Shown in pieces: positions 54,517 through 64,000 of a DNA stretch of 64,000 bases. Below the pieces are notes generated by a model. That model did no database searches, had not been told where the DNA came from, and worked only from the letters and a program-made list of their open reading frames with translations. A program made the position numbers and the translations under genes. Origin of the DNA: an uncultured Bacteroides sp. (GTDB lineage: Bacteria > Bacteroidota > Bacteroidia > Bacteroidales > Muribaculaceae); the NCBI GenBank assembly GCA_964586765.1, contig CAZPHN010000002.1:83628-147627 (forward strand). The letters run 5' to 3'. Position 1 is the stretch's first letter, and every line of letters begins with the position of its first letter.

Positions 54517-55718
54517 AAATACTTATTGTCAGTAAGTTTTTCTGTGTTCGCGGAGGTGCCGACGCCGTCGTGATGACTACCCGTGACCTCCTTATCCGCG
54601 CCGGTCATCAGGTTCAGGTCTTTGCTATGACCTTCCCCGCCAACATTAATCTCCCCGAAGCCTCCACTTGGGCTTCCGAGGTCGATTTCAGCGGTCCCCT
54701 CCCCATGAAGGTCAAGGCGTTTGCCCGCCTGATGGGTGTCGGCGATGTCTCCCGTAAGTTCCGCAAGGTCCTGAAGGATTTCCGTCCCGACGTGGTTCAT
54801 TTCCATAATATCCACTCCTATCTGTCGCCCGTGGTCGTTTCCTTGGCTCATGCCTTTGGTGCGCGTACCGTCTGGACCATGCATGACCTCAAGCTTGTCT
54901 GCCCCGCCTACCTCGGTCGACGCCCCGACGGCTCTATCTGTTCCGACTGTGTCGACGGTAAGAACAACCTTATGAAATATCGATGCCTTAAGGGCGGACG
55001 CGTTGCCTCCTTTATGGCTCTGCTTGAGTCAGTGCGTTGGAGTCGCGCCCGTCTCGACTCCGTTACCGACTGTTTCATAGCTCCTTCCGGGTTCCTCCGG
55101 GATATGTTGGTGCGCGGCGGCTTTACCCCTGAAAAAATCAAGGTACTCAATAATTTCATCGACCCGCAGAAAATCGCTGCTATTCAGTCCTTGGGCGTCC
55201 GTCGCGGACCTGCTCCCGAACCATACTTTGCCTATGCCGGTCGCCTTTCGCCTGAAAAGGGTATCCGTACCCTTGTCGAGGCTGCTGTCAAGGCTGGAGT
55301 CGTGCTCCGCGTTGCCGGCGATGGTCCTATGCGTGCCTCCCTTGAAGAACTTGCGCGCGGCTCCCGCGTCGAATTCCTTGGCAGTCTTGACCCCGAGGGC
55401 GTCATGACGCTCATGCGCGGAGCCGACGCGAGCGTAATGCCCAGCGAGTGTTACGAAAATAATCCCCTCTCCGTAATCGAAAGCCTTTGTGCCGGCACCC
55501 CCGTTATCGGGGCTGACATTGGCGGTGTGCCTGAGCTGATTGTCCCCGGTGTCAGCGGCGAGCGTTTCGTTAGCGGCAGTGTCGACTCCCTTGCCTCCTG
55601 CCTTCGTGACTTCCGCCCCGAGCGATATGACCGTGAAGCGATTGCCTCCGATGCCGCTATCCGCTTTTCTGCATCTACCCATCTTAAAATCCTTCTTCAG
55701 ATTTATTCCGAACCATGA
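54513..55718 (+). CDS. Family-4 (GT-B) glycosyltransferase
   Basis: 401 aa ORF with MKILIVSKFF..RGGAD at the N-terminus and the C-terminal E..(x7)..E-type motif region PSECYENNPLSVIESL. Confidence 0.8.
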   Translation: MKILIVSKFFCVRGGADAVVMTTRDLLIRAGHQVQVFAMTFPANINLPEASTWASEVDFSGPLPMKVKAFARLMGVGDVSRKFRKVLKDFRPDVVHFHNIHSYLSPVVVSLAHAFGARTVWTMHDLKLVCPAYLGRRPDGSICSDCVDGKNNLMKYRCLKGGRVASFMALLESVRWSRARLDSVTDCFIAPSGFLRDMLVRGGFTPEKIKVLNNFIDPQKIAAIQSLGVRRGPAPEPYFAYAGRLSPEKGIRTLVEAAVKAGVVLRVAGDGPMRASLEELARGSRVEFLGSLDPEGVMTLMRGADASVMPSECYENNPLSVIESLCAGTPVIGADIGGVPELIVPGVSGERFVSGSVDSLASCLRDFRPERYDREAIASDAAIRFSASTHLKILLQIYSEP

Positions 55719-56797
55719 AAATTGTAGTGACCGGAACCCGTGGAATTCCAGAGATTCAGGGTGGGGTGGAAACCCACTGTCAGGAGCTTTATCCCCTCTT
55801 GGCTCAGAATGGTGCCGACGTGACCATCGTGCGCCGGCGTTGCTACGCCCCTGACTCCAAGACCGAATTCCGCGGCGTGAAAATCAAAGACCTCTATGCG
55901 CCGCGTAAAAAGTCGCTCGAGGCTGCCGTCTCTACCTTCCTCGGAGTGATTTACGCCAAGCGTGCCGGTGCTGATCTGGTCCATATCCATGCCGTCGGTC
56001 CCTCTATTGTCGTCCCCGTGGCTAAAATGCTCGGACTCAAGGTGGTGATGACCCACCACGGTCCCGACTATGAGCGTGAAAAGTGGGGGCGCATGGCGCG
56101 TTGGGCTATCAAGACCGGCGAGAAATTCGCCGCGCGTTATGCTGACCGCATGATTGTCATTTCCCGCGTGATTGCAGACCGTATCGCCGCCGAATATGGC
56201 AGGACCGACACCATCCTCATTCCCAACGGCGTCCCTGCGCCCGTCCGCTCTACCCGTACCGACTTCCTCCGCGAACTTGGCGTCGAACCCGGGCGATATG
56301 TCCTTGCCCTCGGTCGCTTTGTGCCTGAAAAGAACTTCCATCAGCTTATCGATGCGTTCAATGTCCAAGGCTACAAACTTGTCATTGCCGGCGATGCTGA
56401 CCATCCCGGACCATATTCCGAACAGCTTAAGGCTCAGGCGTGTGCCGCAGGCGTTGTCCTTCCCGGGTTTGTCCGTGGCGAAAAGCTAAATCAGCTGCTC
56501 ACCAATGCTGCCCTCTTTGTCCTCCCCTCCTCCCACGAAGGGCTCCCAATAACCCTCCTCGAAGCCATGAGCTACGGGCGCGACGTGCTGGTGAGCGACA
56601 TCCCCGCCAACTGCCTCCCCGAGCTCACCCCCGCCGATTTCTTCCCCGTGGGTAATGTCGGCGCGCTACGCGACGCGCTCCGCCGCAAACTCTCCGCCCC
56701 TGTCGCCGAGCGTCCCTACGACCTCTCCGCCTATGACTGGCAGACCATTGCCTCGCGCACTTCCGCCGTTTACTCCGATTTGCTAAAAAATTCGTAA
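55715..56797 (+). CDS. Family-1/4 glycosyltransferase with a DUF1972-like N-domain
   Basis: 360 aa ORF with MKIVVTGTRGIPEIQGGVETHCQELYP and LPSSHEGLPITLLEAM. Confidence 0.8.
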   Translation: MKIVVTGTRGIPEIQGGVETHCQELYPLLAQNGADVTIVRRRCYAPDSKTEFRGVKIKDLYAPRKKSLEAAVSTFLGVIYAKRAGADLVHIHAVGPSIVVPVAKMLGLKVVMTHHGPDYEREKWGRMARWAIKTGEKFAARYADRMIVISRVIADRIAAEYGRTDTILIPNGVPAPVRSTRTDFLRELGVEPGRYVLALGRFVPEKNFHQLIDAFNVQGYKLVIAGDADHPGPYSEQLKAQACAAGVVLPGFVRGEKLNQLLTNAALFVLPSSHEGLPITLLEAMSYGRDVLVSDIPANCLPELTPADFFPVGNVGALRDALRRKLSAPVAERPYDLSAYDWQTIASRTSAVYSDLLKNS

Positions 56798-56802
56798 CTT
56801 TG
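56795..56802 (+). promoter_or_regulatory. -7 promoter motif TAACTTTG for ychF, overlapping the preceding stop codon
   Basis: Exact TAnnTTTG match 45 nt upstream of the ATG at 56847. Confidence 0.45.
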
Positions 56803-56846
56803 CACCGAGATTTTTAATTTTGCATTTTTCATTTTTAATTTAAATA

Positions 56847-57950
56847 ATGTCACTTCAATGCGGAATAGTCGGATTGCCTAATGTAGGCAAGTCCACCCTG
56901 TTTAACTGCCTGAGCAACGCCAAGGCTCAGAGCGCCAATTTCCCTTTCTGTACCATCGAGCCTAACGTCGGCGTCATCACCGTCCCTGACGATAGACTGA
57001 CCCGACTTGTCGAAATGTGTCAGCCTCGCTCCGTAGTGCCGGCTACCGTTGAGATTGTCGATATTGCCGGTCTCGTAAAGGGCGCGAGCAAGGGCGAGGG
57101 TCTTGGCAACAAATTTCTTGCCAACATCCGCGAGACTGACGCTATTCTCCACGTACTGCGCTGTTTCGACGACGATAATATAACCCATGTCGACGGCTCC
57201 GTCGACCCCGTGCGCGACAAAGAAATAATCGACTACGAACTTCAGCTCAAAGACCTCGAGACCGTCGAGTCACGACTTGCCAAGACCATCAAACAGGCGC
57301 AGACCGGTGGCGACAAGACCGCCAAGATGCAGTCAGAGGTGCTCCAGAAATTCAAGGATGCCCTCGATGCCGGAAAACCCGCCCGCTCCGTCAAGTTCGA
57401 CACCCCCGATGAGCAGAAATTTGCCCGCGAGCTCTTCCTCCTCACCTCCAAGCCCGTGCTCTACGTCTGCAACGTCGACGATGCCTCCGCCGCTACCGGA
57501 AATCATTACGTCGACGCTGTCCGCGAAGCTATCAAGGATGAGGGTGCTGACATCCTCGTTGTCGCTGCCCAGACCGAAAGCGAAATTGCCGAACTCGACA
57601 CATGGGAAGAGCGCAAGGAATTCCTCGAAGAAATCGGACTCGAAGAGTCTGGCGTCAGCCGTCTCATCCGCGCCGCCTACGCCCTCCTCGACCTCCAGAC
57701 ATACTTCACCGCCGGACCTGATGAAGTCCGCGCTTGGACCTTCATTCGCGGAAGCAAAGCCCCAAAATGTGCCGGAATTATCCATACCGACTTCGAAAAA
57801 GGCTTTATCCGCGCCGAAGTCATCAAATATGATGATTATGTGACCCTCGGCTCCGAAACCGCCGTCAAAGAAGCCGGCAAAATGAGTGTCGAAGGCAAAG
57901 AATACGTCGTTCAGGACGGCGACATCATGCACTTCCGCTTCAACGTCTAA
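56847..57950 (+). CDS. ychF: Redox-regulated ribosome-binding ATPase YchF
   Basis: 367 aa ORF with [16 protein letters not shown] and the C-terminal TGS-like segment [11 protein letters not shown]. Confidence 0.93.
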   Translation: MSLQCGIVGLPNVGKSTLFNCLSNAKAQSANFPFCTIEPNVGVITVPDDRLTRLVEMCQPRSVVPATVEIVDIAGLVKGASKGEGLGNKFLANIRETDAILHVLRCFDDDNITHVDGSVDPVRDKEIIDYELQLKDLETVESRLAKTIKQAQTGGDKTAKMQSEVLQKFKDALDAGKPARSVKFDTPDEQKFARELFLLTSKPVLYVCNVDDASAATGNHYVDAVREAIKDEGADILVVAAQTESEIAELDTWEERKEFLEEIGLEESGVSRLIRAAYALLDLQTYFTAGPDEVRAWTFIRGSKAPKCAGIIHTDFEKGFIRAEVIKYDDYVTLGSETAVKEAGKMSVEGKEYVVQDGDIMHFRFNV

Positions 57951-57973
57951 AAATAGCTAAAAAATAATCCTCA

Positions 57974-58795
57974 ATGAAAAGATCAGACCTAATCAAAAAT
58001 ATCCGCGAGAAACGCTCGTTCCTCTGCGTCGGACTCGACCCCGACATCAAAAAAATCCCCGCCCACCTGCTCGAAAAGGAAAATCCCCTTTACGAATTCT
58101 GCAAAGCCATAGTTGATGCCACCGCGCCTTACTGTGTGGCATACAAGCCTAACCTTGCATTCTTCGAAAGCCTTGGTGCCGACGGACTCCGTCAGCTCGA
58201 AATGACCGTTGACCATATCCGTCGCAACCATCCTGACCAGTTCATCATTGCCGACGCAAAGCGTGGCGACATAGGCAACACCTCCGCCCTCTACGCCCGC
58301 GCCGCCTTCGAACACATGGGTGTCGACGCCATCACCGTCGCCCCCTACATGGGCGAAGACTCCGTCAAACCCTTCCTCGGCTACGAAGGAAAATGGGTAG
58401 TCCTCCTCGCCCTGACCTCAAATCCCGGCAGCCACGACTTCCAGCTCTCCACCGTCGACGGCACCGAAGAACGCCTCTTCGAAAAAGTAATCCGCACCTC
58501 CTCCGGCTGGGCAGGTCCCGAAGAAATGATGTACGTCGTAGGTGCCACACAGGGCAGAATGTTTGAAGACATCCGCCGTGTAGCCCCGAAATCTTTCCTC
58601 CTCGTGCCCGGAGTTGGCGCGCAGGGTGGTTCCCTCGAAGAAGTCTGCCGCTACGGCATGCTCCCCGACGGCGAATGTGGACTCCTTGTCAACTCCTCGC
58701 GCGGCATCATCTACGCATCCTCCGGCACCGACTTCGCCCAAGCCGCCGCCTCCGCCGCCGCCACCCTCGCCGCCCAAATGTCCACCCTCCTCTAA
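57974..58795 (+). CDS. pyrF: Orotidine-5'-phosphate decarboxylase (long, type 2)
   Basis: 273 aa ORF with FLCVGLDPD and [14 protein letters not shown] motifs. Confidence 0.9.
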   Translation: MKRSDLIKNIREKRSFLCVGLDPDIKKIPAHLLEKENPLYEFCKAIVDATAPYCVAYKPNLAFFESLGADGLRQLEMTVDHIRRNHPDQFIIADAKRGDIGNTSALYARAAFEHMGVDAITVAPYMGEDSVKPFLGYEGKWVVLLALTSNPGSHDFQLSTVDGTEERLFEKVIRTSSGWAGPEEMMYVVGATQGRMFEDIRRVAPKSFLLVPGVGAQGGSLEEVCRYGMLPDGECGLLVNSSRGIIYASSGTDFAQAAASAAATLAAQMSTLL

Positions 58796-58870
58796 TCCCT
58801 CCCTCCGACCCCTCTGAGTTCTCCGAGTTCTCCGAGAACTCCGAGAACTCCCCGGAGCCCCAAAAACCTA
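58794..58870. repeat. Composite three-module repeat element, the reverse-complement relative of 2642-2727, beginning inside the pyrF stop codon
   Basis: The sequence reads taatccctccctccgacccctctgagttctccgagttctccgagaactccgagaactccccggagccccaaaaacctaaag. It carries the AATCCCTCC module, four GAG(TT/AA)CTCC units forming a near-perfect 17-bp palindrome, and an AAACCTAAA-like tail. Confidence 0.8.
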
Positions 58871-58910
58871 AAGCGGGTATTCCCGGTTGTTGACCGAGGA
58901 GTACCCGCTT
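58871..58910. terminator. Bidirectional terminator hairpin between the convergent pyrF and LRR gene 2
   Basis: AAGCGGGTA...TACCCGCTT forms a 9-bp stem. A T-run follows on the minus strand (TAGGTTTTTGG). Confidence 0.65.
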
Positions 58911-58929
58911 TATTGTGTGTCTGTCGTGA

Positions 58930-61335
58930 TTATAGAGCTATCTTAAATACATCTTTCGCTCCGATATTTAGTAAATATACACCATTCGCCAGACCGGATA
59001 TCATGGACTCTGAGGTGCGGCGGAGTTCTGAGCCGTTTACGTCATAGACCACCACCTCTGTGTCTGCGTTCTTGCCTTTAATGATGATGCTGTTGCCGCG
59101 GGGGTAAACAATGAGCGGAGCTGTTGCGGTAGCCGCTGACAAATCTGTAACGGTGTCATCAGCGTACGTAACCGTCAGCGTGTCATCACCCGAAAGCTTC
59201 GGAGTCTGATAATGATTGTCGGCGTTTACATCAGAGGTAACATCCTCGCCGTTGAAATGGACGGTGTTGACTCTCTTGCCTGATTGAGGCATAAGGCTTA
59301 CCAATACCCGGTCGCCTACATTAAAGTAATGCGCAACCTTGAGGTCTCCGCTCTCTATGGTCAGTCGGGAATCCTTGTCAGCAAGGAGTCCTACTTCGAG
59401 GGTCTGATTTGCTTCTGCTGCCTGAAGGGTAATATACTTATTGGTGAGCTGGTCCATAACATCCTCTCCGTTCAGGGTAAGCGATGATATGTAATAGCCG
59501 TCGTGAGGAACAATGTGGACGGTGTGTGCAGCATCATTGACGACTGATGACTGTTTGATACCGTCAATATAGACAGTTGATTCAGTTGAATCGGCATCGA
59601 CAGTCAGATACGTCAGTGTCTTGAGTGTGATGCTATAGTTTTGACTGACCGAACTAAGTGATAGTACCCCTCCATGCATCTGTGATGTCATATCTACGCC
59701 GTTAGCAAATACCAGCGTATTCTCAGGCAGGGAGTTGAATGACACAGATACAGGCTCATTGTCGCTTACACCGAAAACGTGGGTGCGATGTCCGTTTATG
59801 CTGACTGATTCCTGAATATCCTCCGCAGCGTTGACGGTAACGATATTCAGGTCTCCCATATAAAGGTTTGGTCGATATAGGAGAGATTTTATTTTTCCAC
59901 CTTTTGGGCCATATACTGCCTCAAAGTTACCAATTAAATTGCGATTATTATCTTCATCACCATCATAATAATAAGCGTTTTGAATATTCGCTAAAAATAC
60001 TACAGTGGGTTTATGGTAATTAGAGTTATCATATCCGGTATTAAACAGCATGTAACCCATTGAACTCTTTTGGACAGGATATGCATAATAAGTCAGGGTA
60101 TGGTCAAGGTGGCTGATGTCGGGACCTCCTGAACCATAGCGATATGAGCCTATGAAGCCTGAAAAATCAAATATTTCCGTAATTTTGTCACACCATTCAA
60201 ATGCGCCGTCATTGCAGATTCTGCCTGTATATGATTTTATATCTGAAGCCTGAGGGGTAACAAGCCATAGCTCTTTGACACTTTTGTTTATGTTATAGTC
60301 ATATCCATTCCTGTAAATTAAGCCATCATTCATCTTATAGTAAACATTGCCGTCTGCAATTTCAACATTCTTAAGGTTTGGCAGATCTTTTTTGTGGAGT
60401 GGGTCAATTTCACATTTTTCACCTATAAATATATCCGTGATATTTTTACCCTTGATTATGAGATTTGTTACGTCTGTACTCTCATCGGTGTCTGGATAAC
60501 CATTGGAAAACGTTACGTTGGAATAACGTTGTATATACCATCCGTCAATAGTGAGTTTCTGAAGATATTTGGGATTATTGAAGGCATAATATGTGCAATC
60601 GTAATCAAGTGTAAATTCGGTGTCTCTTTTTGCATCCGGATATTTTATTAAATATTTTTTCCATTGCGTAGAATACAATACGCCATTTTCAGATTTAAAG
60701 TATTTGTTATCCGATTCTACAATTATCTCTTCCAGATTATCATTCTCAAATGAACCATCATAGATATTTGTTACGCTGGCTGGAATAGTAATAGAGGTAA
60801 TGGCAGTATTATTCATGAAATTTCTGCCAATAGTTTTCAAAGTTTCAGGTAAAGCGAGGTAGTTAAGGATTTTACAGTTTGAGAAAGCTTCTGCGCCTAT
60901 TTGGGTTAAGCGTTTTGGTAGGGCAATAGCTCTCAAGGAAGTGCAGTTACTAAAAGCTCCGTATCCGATTTCAGTGATATTCGTTGCGGAAAGGTTTATA
61001 TATGACAGGGATGTACAATTAGCGAACCCATTCCATGGTATCGATGTTATATATGTTGACGAGAGTGTAACCGTTTGTAACTTAGGGCAGTTGCTGAAAT
61101 CAAGAGCCGTTATAGGTAAAGGCGTACCTTCATATGATACGGTAGACGGAATTGAAGCTGATGTGATAGTGCTTTTATTGACCGGCGAGATTGTAACAGT
61201 GTTTTGTGAAGACACGGTGTAGGTATAATTACCGATACTAAATGATGAGGGGACAGCTTTTGCACTTATCCGCGCTGACATGAGCAACATAATGAATATT
61301 GCTAAACGATAATGCAATGGTTTAAAATTTTGCAT
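58930..61335 (-). CDS. BspA-like leucine-rich-repeat / beta-sandwich surface protein with a T9SS C-terminal sorting domain
   Basis: 801 aa ORF with a signal peptide. N-terminal LRR units are present (IPSTVSY..., NCTSLSYINLSATNITEIGYGAFSNCTSL). The C-terminus is VVVYDVNGSELRRTSESMISGLANGVYLLNIGAKDVFKIAL. The N-terminal two thirds are low in GC. Confidence 0.8.
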   Translation of the reverse strand: MQNFKPLHYRLAIFIMLLMSARISAKAVPSSFSIGNYTYTVSSQNTVTISPVNKSTITSASIPSTVSYEGTPLPITALDFSNCPKLQTVTLSSTYITSIPWNGFANCTSLSYINLSATNITEIGYGAFSNCTSLRAIALPKRLTQIGAEAFSNCKILNYLALPETLKTIGRNFMNNTAITSITIPASVTNIYDGSFENDNLEEIIVESDNKYFKSENGVLYSTQWKKYLIKYPDAKRDTEFTLDYDCTYYAFNNPKYLQKLTIDGWYIQRYSNVTFSNGYPDTDESTDVTNLIIKGKNITDIFIGEKCEIDPLHKKDLPNLKNVEIADGNVYYKMNDGLIYRNGYDYNINKSVKELWLVTPQASDIKSYTGRICNDGAFEWCDKITEIFDFSGFIGSYRYGSGGPDISHLDHTLTYYAYPVQKSSMGYMLFNTGYDNSNYHKPTVVFLANIQNAYYYDGDEDNNRNLIGNFEAVYGPKGGKIKSLLYRPNLYMGDLNIVTVNAAEDIQESVSINGHRTHVFGVSDNEPVSVSFNSLPENTLVFANGVDMTSQMHGGVLSLSSVSQNYSITLKTLTYLTVDADSTESTVYIDGIKQSSVVNDAAHTVHIVPHDGYYISSLTLNGEDVMDQLTNKYITLQAAEANQTLEVGLLADKDSRLTIESGDLKVAHYFNVGDRVLVSLMPQSGKRVNTVHFNGEDVTSDVNADNHYQTPKLSGDDTLTVTYADDTVTDLSAATATAPLIVYPRGNSIIIKGKNADTEVVVYDVNGSELRRTSESMISGLANGVYLLNIGAKDVFKIAL

Positions 61336-61643
61336 AAAAAATGTAGAAAGACTGATATCCTGCCTCCTGACTCCCTAATTCGGCAATTACGTATGAATAT
61401 AAGAAAAGAGGGGAATTCATCGCACCTCTATCATAGACAAACTGGCTCGCCAAAGCCAACAGACTGAATGATATATGAGGGTAGAATAAACTGCCCCTCT
61501 GTGTTGTCTTATATGGATATACGACAATACAGAAAGAGCGTCTAATCTCACTCTGTCTCAGTCTGTTGTTGAATTGGCGATTCGTTTGTCTGAGAAAGAA
61601 AGCTTGACACTTTTCTTTTCCGGCGGTATTTCTCCTCCACCGG
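61336..61643 (-). promoter_or_regulatory. Long structured 5' leader of LRR gene 2
   Basis: Nested helices are 61435-61453/61574-61591 (8+7 bp) and 61458-61467/61558-61567 (10 bp perfect). A weak hairpin pairs 61407-61411 with 61425-61429 and is followed by UUUUCUU about 68 nt before the ATG. Confidence 0.4.
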
Positions 61644-61649
61644 ATAGCG

Positions 61650-61657
61650 CAAAGTTA
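61650..61657 (-). promoter_or_regulatory. -7 promoter motif (TAACTTTG on the minus strand) for LRR gene 2
   Basis: Exact TAnnTTTG match about 315 nt upstream of the ATG at 61335, preceded by an A/T tract. Confidence 0.45.
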
Positions 61658-61802
61658 AGCAATTTTTTTGAGATAGACGCCCTGTTTAAGCAGTTTATTC
61701 TACAGAATTATGCTGATTTTTTGATTTACATATTTAGGAATAAGTCTGAACTTTTCTGTATATTTGCGGTTATAAATGTAGACACGTTTCAACTATTTAT
61801 TT

Positions 61803-64000
61803 ATGACCGAAAATCAAGAGCAGTCTACTGAAACCGCTAAGAAGACGCATCACCCCCGCAGGTGGTGGCGTCTGTTATGGCTGATACCGTTGGTGCCGAT
61901 AGCATTGGTGGTATTGGTTGTGGTGCTGCTCTATATTCCCGGTGTGCTTAACCTCATCGGCTCGTGGGCGTTGCCCAAGGTTGAGGATGCTTCGGGCATG
62001 CACATTGAGGTCGCGGATATGCGGCTCCGTTTCCCGCTGACGCTCAGTGTCGAGGACGCTTTGGTCATTCAGCGTGGCGACACCATGCTGACGCTCAGGC
62101 GCGCCGATGTCGACGTTAACCCCCTGCCGCTGATTGCCGGCAAGGTGAAGGTGAGCGACGCCGTGGTGCGCGATGCTTTTTACCAGATGGGCGGTGCCGA
62201 TTCGCTCTATATCGGTGCGAGAATTGACTCCGTTGGTGCCGCTGCTGTCATGAATCTGTCGTTCAGCGACATAAACGTTAAGCACGCCGATGTTGACGGC
62301 GCGCGCGTTCTCCTGCTGATGGGAACAGACACCACCGAGACCCCCAAGGACACTACGGCGACTAAGCCGATGCTCATAACCTCCGGACCATTGTCGCTAC
62401 GAAACATAGACTACCGCATGTCAATGGCGACGACCGGCGACACCATCGCTGCCTCCGTTACCGAGGCGACTCTCTCGGAAGGTCGGCTCCTTGTTGCCGA
62501 CACTATCGACATCAAGGCGGGAGTGCTGCAACTGAAACTCTCCCATGGACTTTACGGCAAGATAGGCGTCGAGCCCGTTGCCGGACTTGACCTTGACTGG
62601 CTCGAGCTGACACGCGCGGCGGCGATGGTCGATTCGTTTGCCATGCATGGCAGCGCGTTGCGCGTGCCGTTACGCCGGCTGACGCTGACCGAGCGTTGCG
62701 GTCTGGACCTGAGCGGCTCCGGCGTCTTCGAGATGGATTCGACCATGCTTGCCGCCCGCGGATTCAGAATTCAGGCAAACTCCACGTCGCTGACCCTTGA
62801 CGCCGAGATGGGACTTGACTCCGTTGCCGCCAAGGCTCCGGTCATGTTGAAGGCCGCCGCAAGCGTCCTCCCCGCCGACGTCCTTTTAGCGATGCCCGCG
62901 TTGCTCCCCGTTCTGGCTCCGCTGCCTCAGGATTTACCCCTCCATCTGGGAGTGGACGCACACGGAACGATGGCACATCTGAGCGTCGACACCGTTTCCG
63001 CTTCCATGGAGCGTATTTTCGCGCTCCGGGGTGCCGCCTATGTGGAAAACCTCAAGGATATGGAGCGTCTGAAGGCTGACGCGTCGCTCTCCGGTTCTAT
63101 GACAAACCCCGCGCCGGTCAACGCCCTGCTCCCCAAGGGCTCAGGCATCCACGTTCCGCCCCTGTCGCTCAACGCTAAGGCTACCGCCAACGGCAATTCA
63201 TATACCGCTGACCTTACCGCGCGCACCGGCTCCGGACGCCTTGCGCTGAAAGGCGCGATGAGCGGCTCCGCTCCCGGCTATAACGCCAATCTGCGCCTCG
63301 ATTCCTTCCCCGTGGCGGCTTTCATGCCCGCTCTGGGCATCGGAACCGTCAGCGGCTCTGTAAAAGCCTCAGGCATAGGTTTCAACCCTATGGCACGCGG
63401 CGCGAAGCTCAACGCCGAGGTCGATGTCCGTTCGCTTACCTACAAGGGTGACCATCTGGGCGGCGTCAGCCTGACCGCGCGCCTCGACACCGCGCTGCTT
63501 ACCGCACGCCTGATTTCAAGAATGGCTCCCGTGCGCGTCAAGATTGACCTCAGCGGACATCTGCGCCCCAAGTCGATAGACTGGAACCTCGACGGCGACA
63601 TAGCCAATATCGACCTCCGGGCATTGAAGATGACCGACTCGATTATGGGCGGCTCCATGCGCTTGGTTTCCAGCGGGTTCATGGTGCCCGGTCAGGACTC
63701 AATCAATGCCTCTGCCGCCATACGCGGCCTTAACTTCAATTATGGCAAAATCAACCTACGTACCGACTCCTTGGGGCTCAATCTCCTTACCGGAAAGGCT
63801 CTTACGGAGGCGCGGGCGGGCAATCGCGGCTTGGACCTCAAGTTTGACGCACAGGCTCCGCTGAGCGAACTCGGCTCGAAATTCGGCACTGCCGCAACCT
63901 TGGCGCAAAAAATGTTTGCGTCGCGGATAGTTTATGCCGACACGCTCGCCGACGCGCTGCCGCAGTTCAGCCTTTCGCTCGCCGCCGGGGCTGATAACCT
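61803..64000 (+). CDS. tamB: Partial CDS containing the N-terminus, running off the window end. Translocation/assembly-module TamB-like protein.
   Basis: Manual translation from the ATG at 61803: [79 protein letters not shown]... It has a single N-terminal TM anchor. A long beta-rich sequence then stays open to position 64000. It is not in the ORF track because there is no stop codon. Confidence 0.7.
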   Translation, partial: MTENQEQSTETAKKTHHPRRWWRLLWLIPLVPIALVVLVVVLLYIPGVLNLIGSWALPKVEDASGMHIEVADMRLRFPLTLSVEDALVIQRGDTMLTLRRADVDVNPLPLIAGKVKVSDAVVRDAFYQMGGADSLYIGARIDSVGAAAVMNLSFSDINVKHADVDGARVLLLMGTDTTETPKDTTATKPMLITSGPLSLRNIDYRMSMATTGDTIAASVTEATLSEGRLLVADTIDIKAGVLQLKLSHGLYGKIGVEPVAGLDLDWLELTRAAAMVDSFAMHGSALRVPLRRLTLTERCGLDLSGSGVFEMDSTMLAARGFRIQANSTSLTLDAEMGLDSVAAKAPVMLKAAASVLPADVLLAMPALLPVLAPLPQDLPLHLGVDAHGTMAHLSVDTVSASMERIFALRGAAYVENLKDMERLKADASLSGSMTNPAPVNALLPKGSGIHVPPLSLNAKATANGNSYTADLTARTGSGRLALKGAMSGSAPGYNANLRLDSFPVAAFMPALGIGTVSGSVKASGIGFNPMARGAKLNAEVDVRSLTYKGDHLGGVSLTARLDTALLTARLISRMAPVRVKIDLSGHLRPKSIDWNLDGDIANIDLRALKMTDSIMGGSMRLVSSGFMVPGQDSINASAAIRGLNFNYGKINLRTDSLGLNLLTGKALTEARAGNRGLDLKFDAQAPLSELGSKFGTAATLAQKMFASRIVYADTLADALPQFSLSLAAGADN

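Noticed and set aside
61574-61831. An 85-aa + strand ORF in the LRR gene 2 / tamB intergenic region.
   Set aside because: It is AT-rich and low-complexity, and it overlaps the predicted LRR promoter and leader and the tamB start. It has no supporting features.

Overview
The window is a 64-kb chromosomal segment that reads as Bacteroidota, Bacteroidales-type. The evidence is two proteins with T9SS C-terminal sorting domains, TAnnTTTG (-7) promoter motifs in front of many genes, TonB-receptor/lipoprotein loci, and an RprXY-like two-component pair. A Muribaculaceae-like origin is only a guess. The backbone is visibly GC-rich by eye and tightly packed, with many 1-4 nt start/stop overlaps. Backbone genes are dusB-murI-mscL, serB, xerD, mutL, thyA, radC, nspC, adk, hpt, tpx, tadA, rnz, relA/spoT, a PgpH-like HD protein, rsmD, ychF, pyrF, a partial tamB-like gene and one tRNA-Leu(UAA). 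Several visibly lower-GC accessory pieces are interspersed. (a) Two BspA-like leucine-rich-repeat T9SS cargo genes, each behind a ~300-365 nt structured leader. (b) A 3.1-kb RhuM / TPR-TM-LuxR / secreted-protein island between thyA and radC. (c) MNT-HepT and HigB-HigA toxin-antitoxin pairs. The features I consider most worth follow-up are these. (1) A dispersed three-module short-tandem-repeat element that follows stop codons; one copy is recruited in frame as the linker fusing two FdtA/WxcM cupin domains. (2) A SusD-less TonB-dependent receptor locus with two paralogous OB-fold-like lipoproteins carrying an amplified module. (3) The shared attenuator-like architecture of the two LRR-gene leaders. 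(4) The RhuM island. (5) An orphan terminator with a structured non-coding region next to tRNA-Leu. No CRISPR array, rRNA, transposase or integrase-bounded mobile element was seen. All family names come from reading the translations, because no database search could be run.
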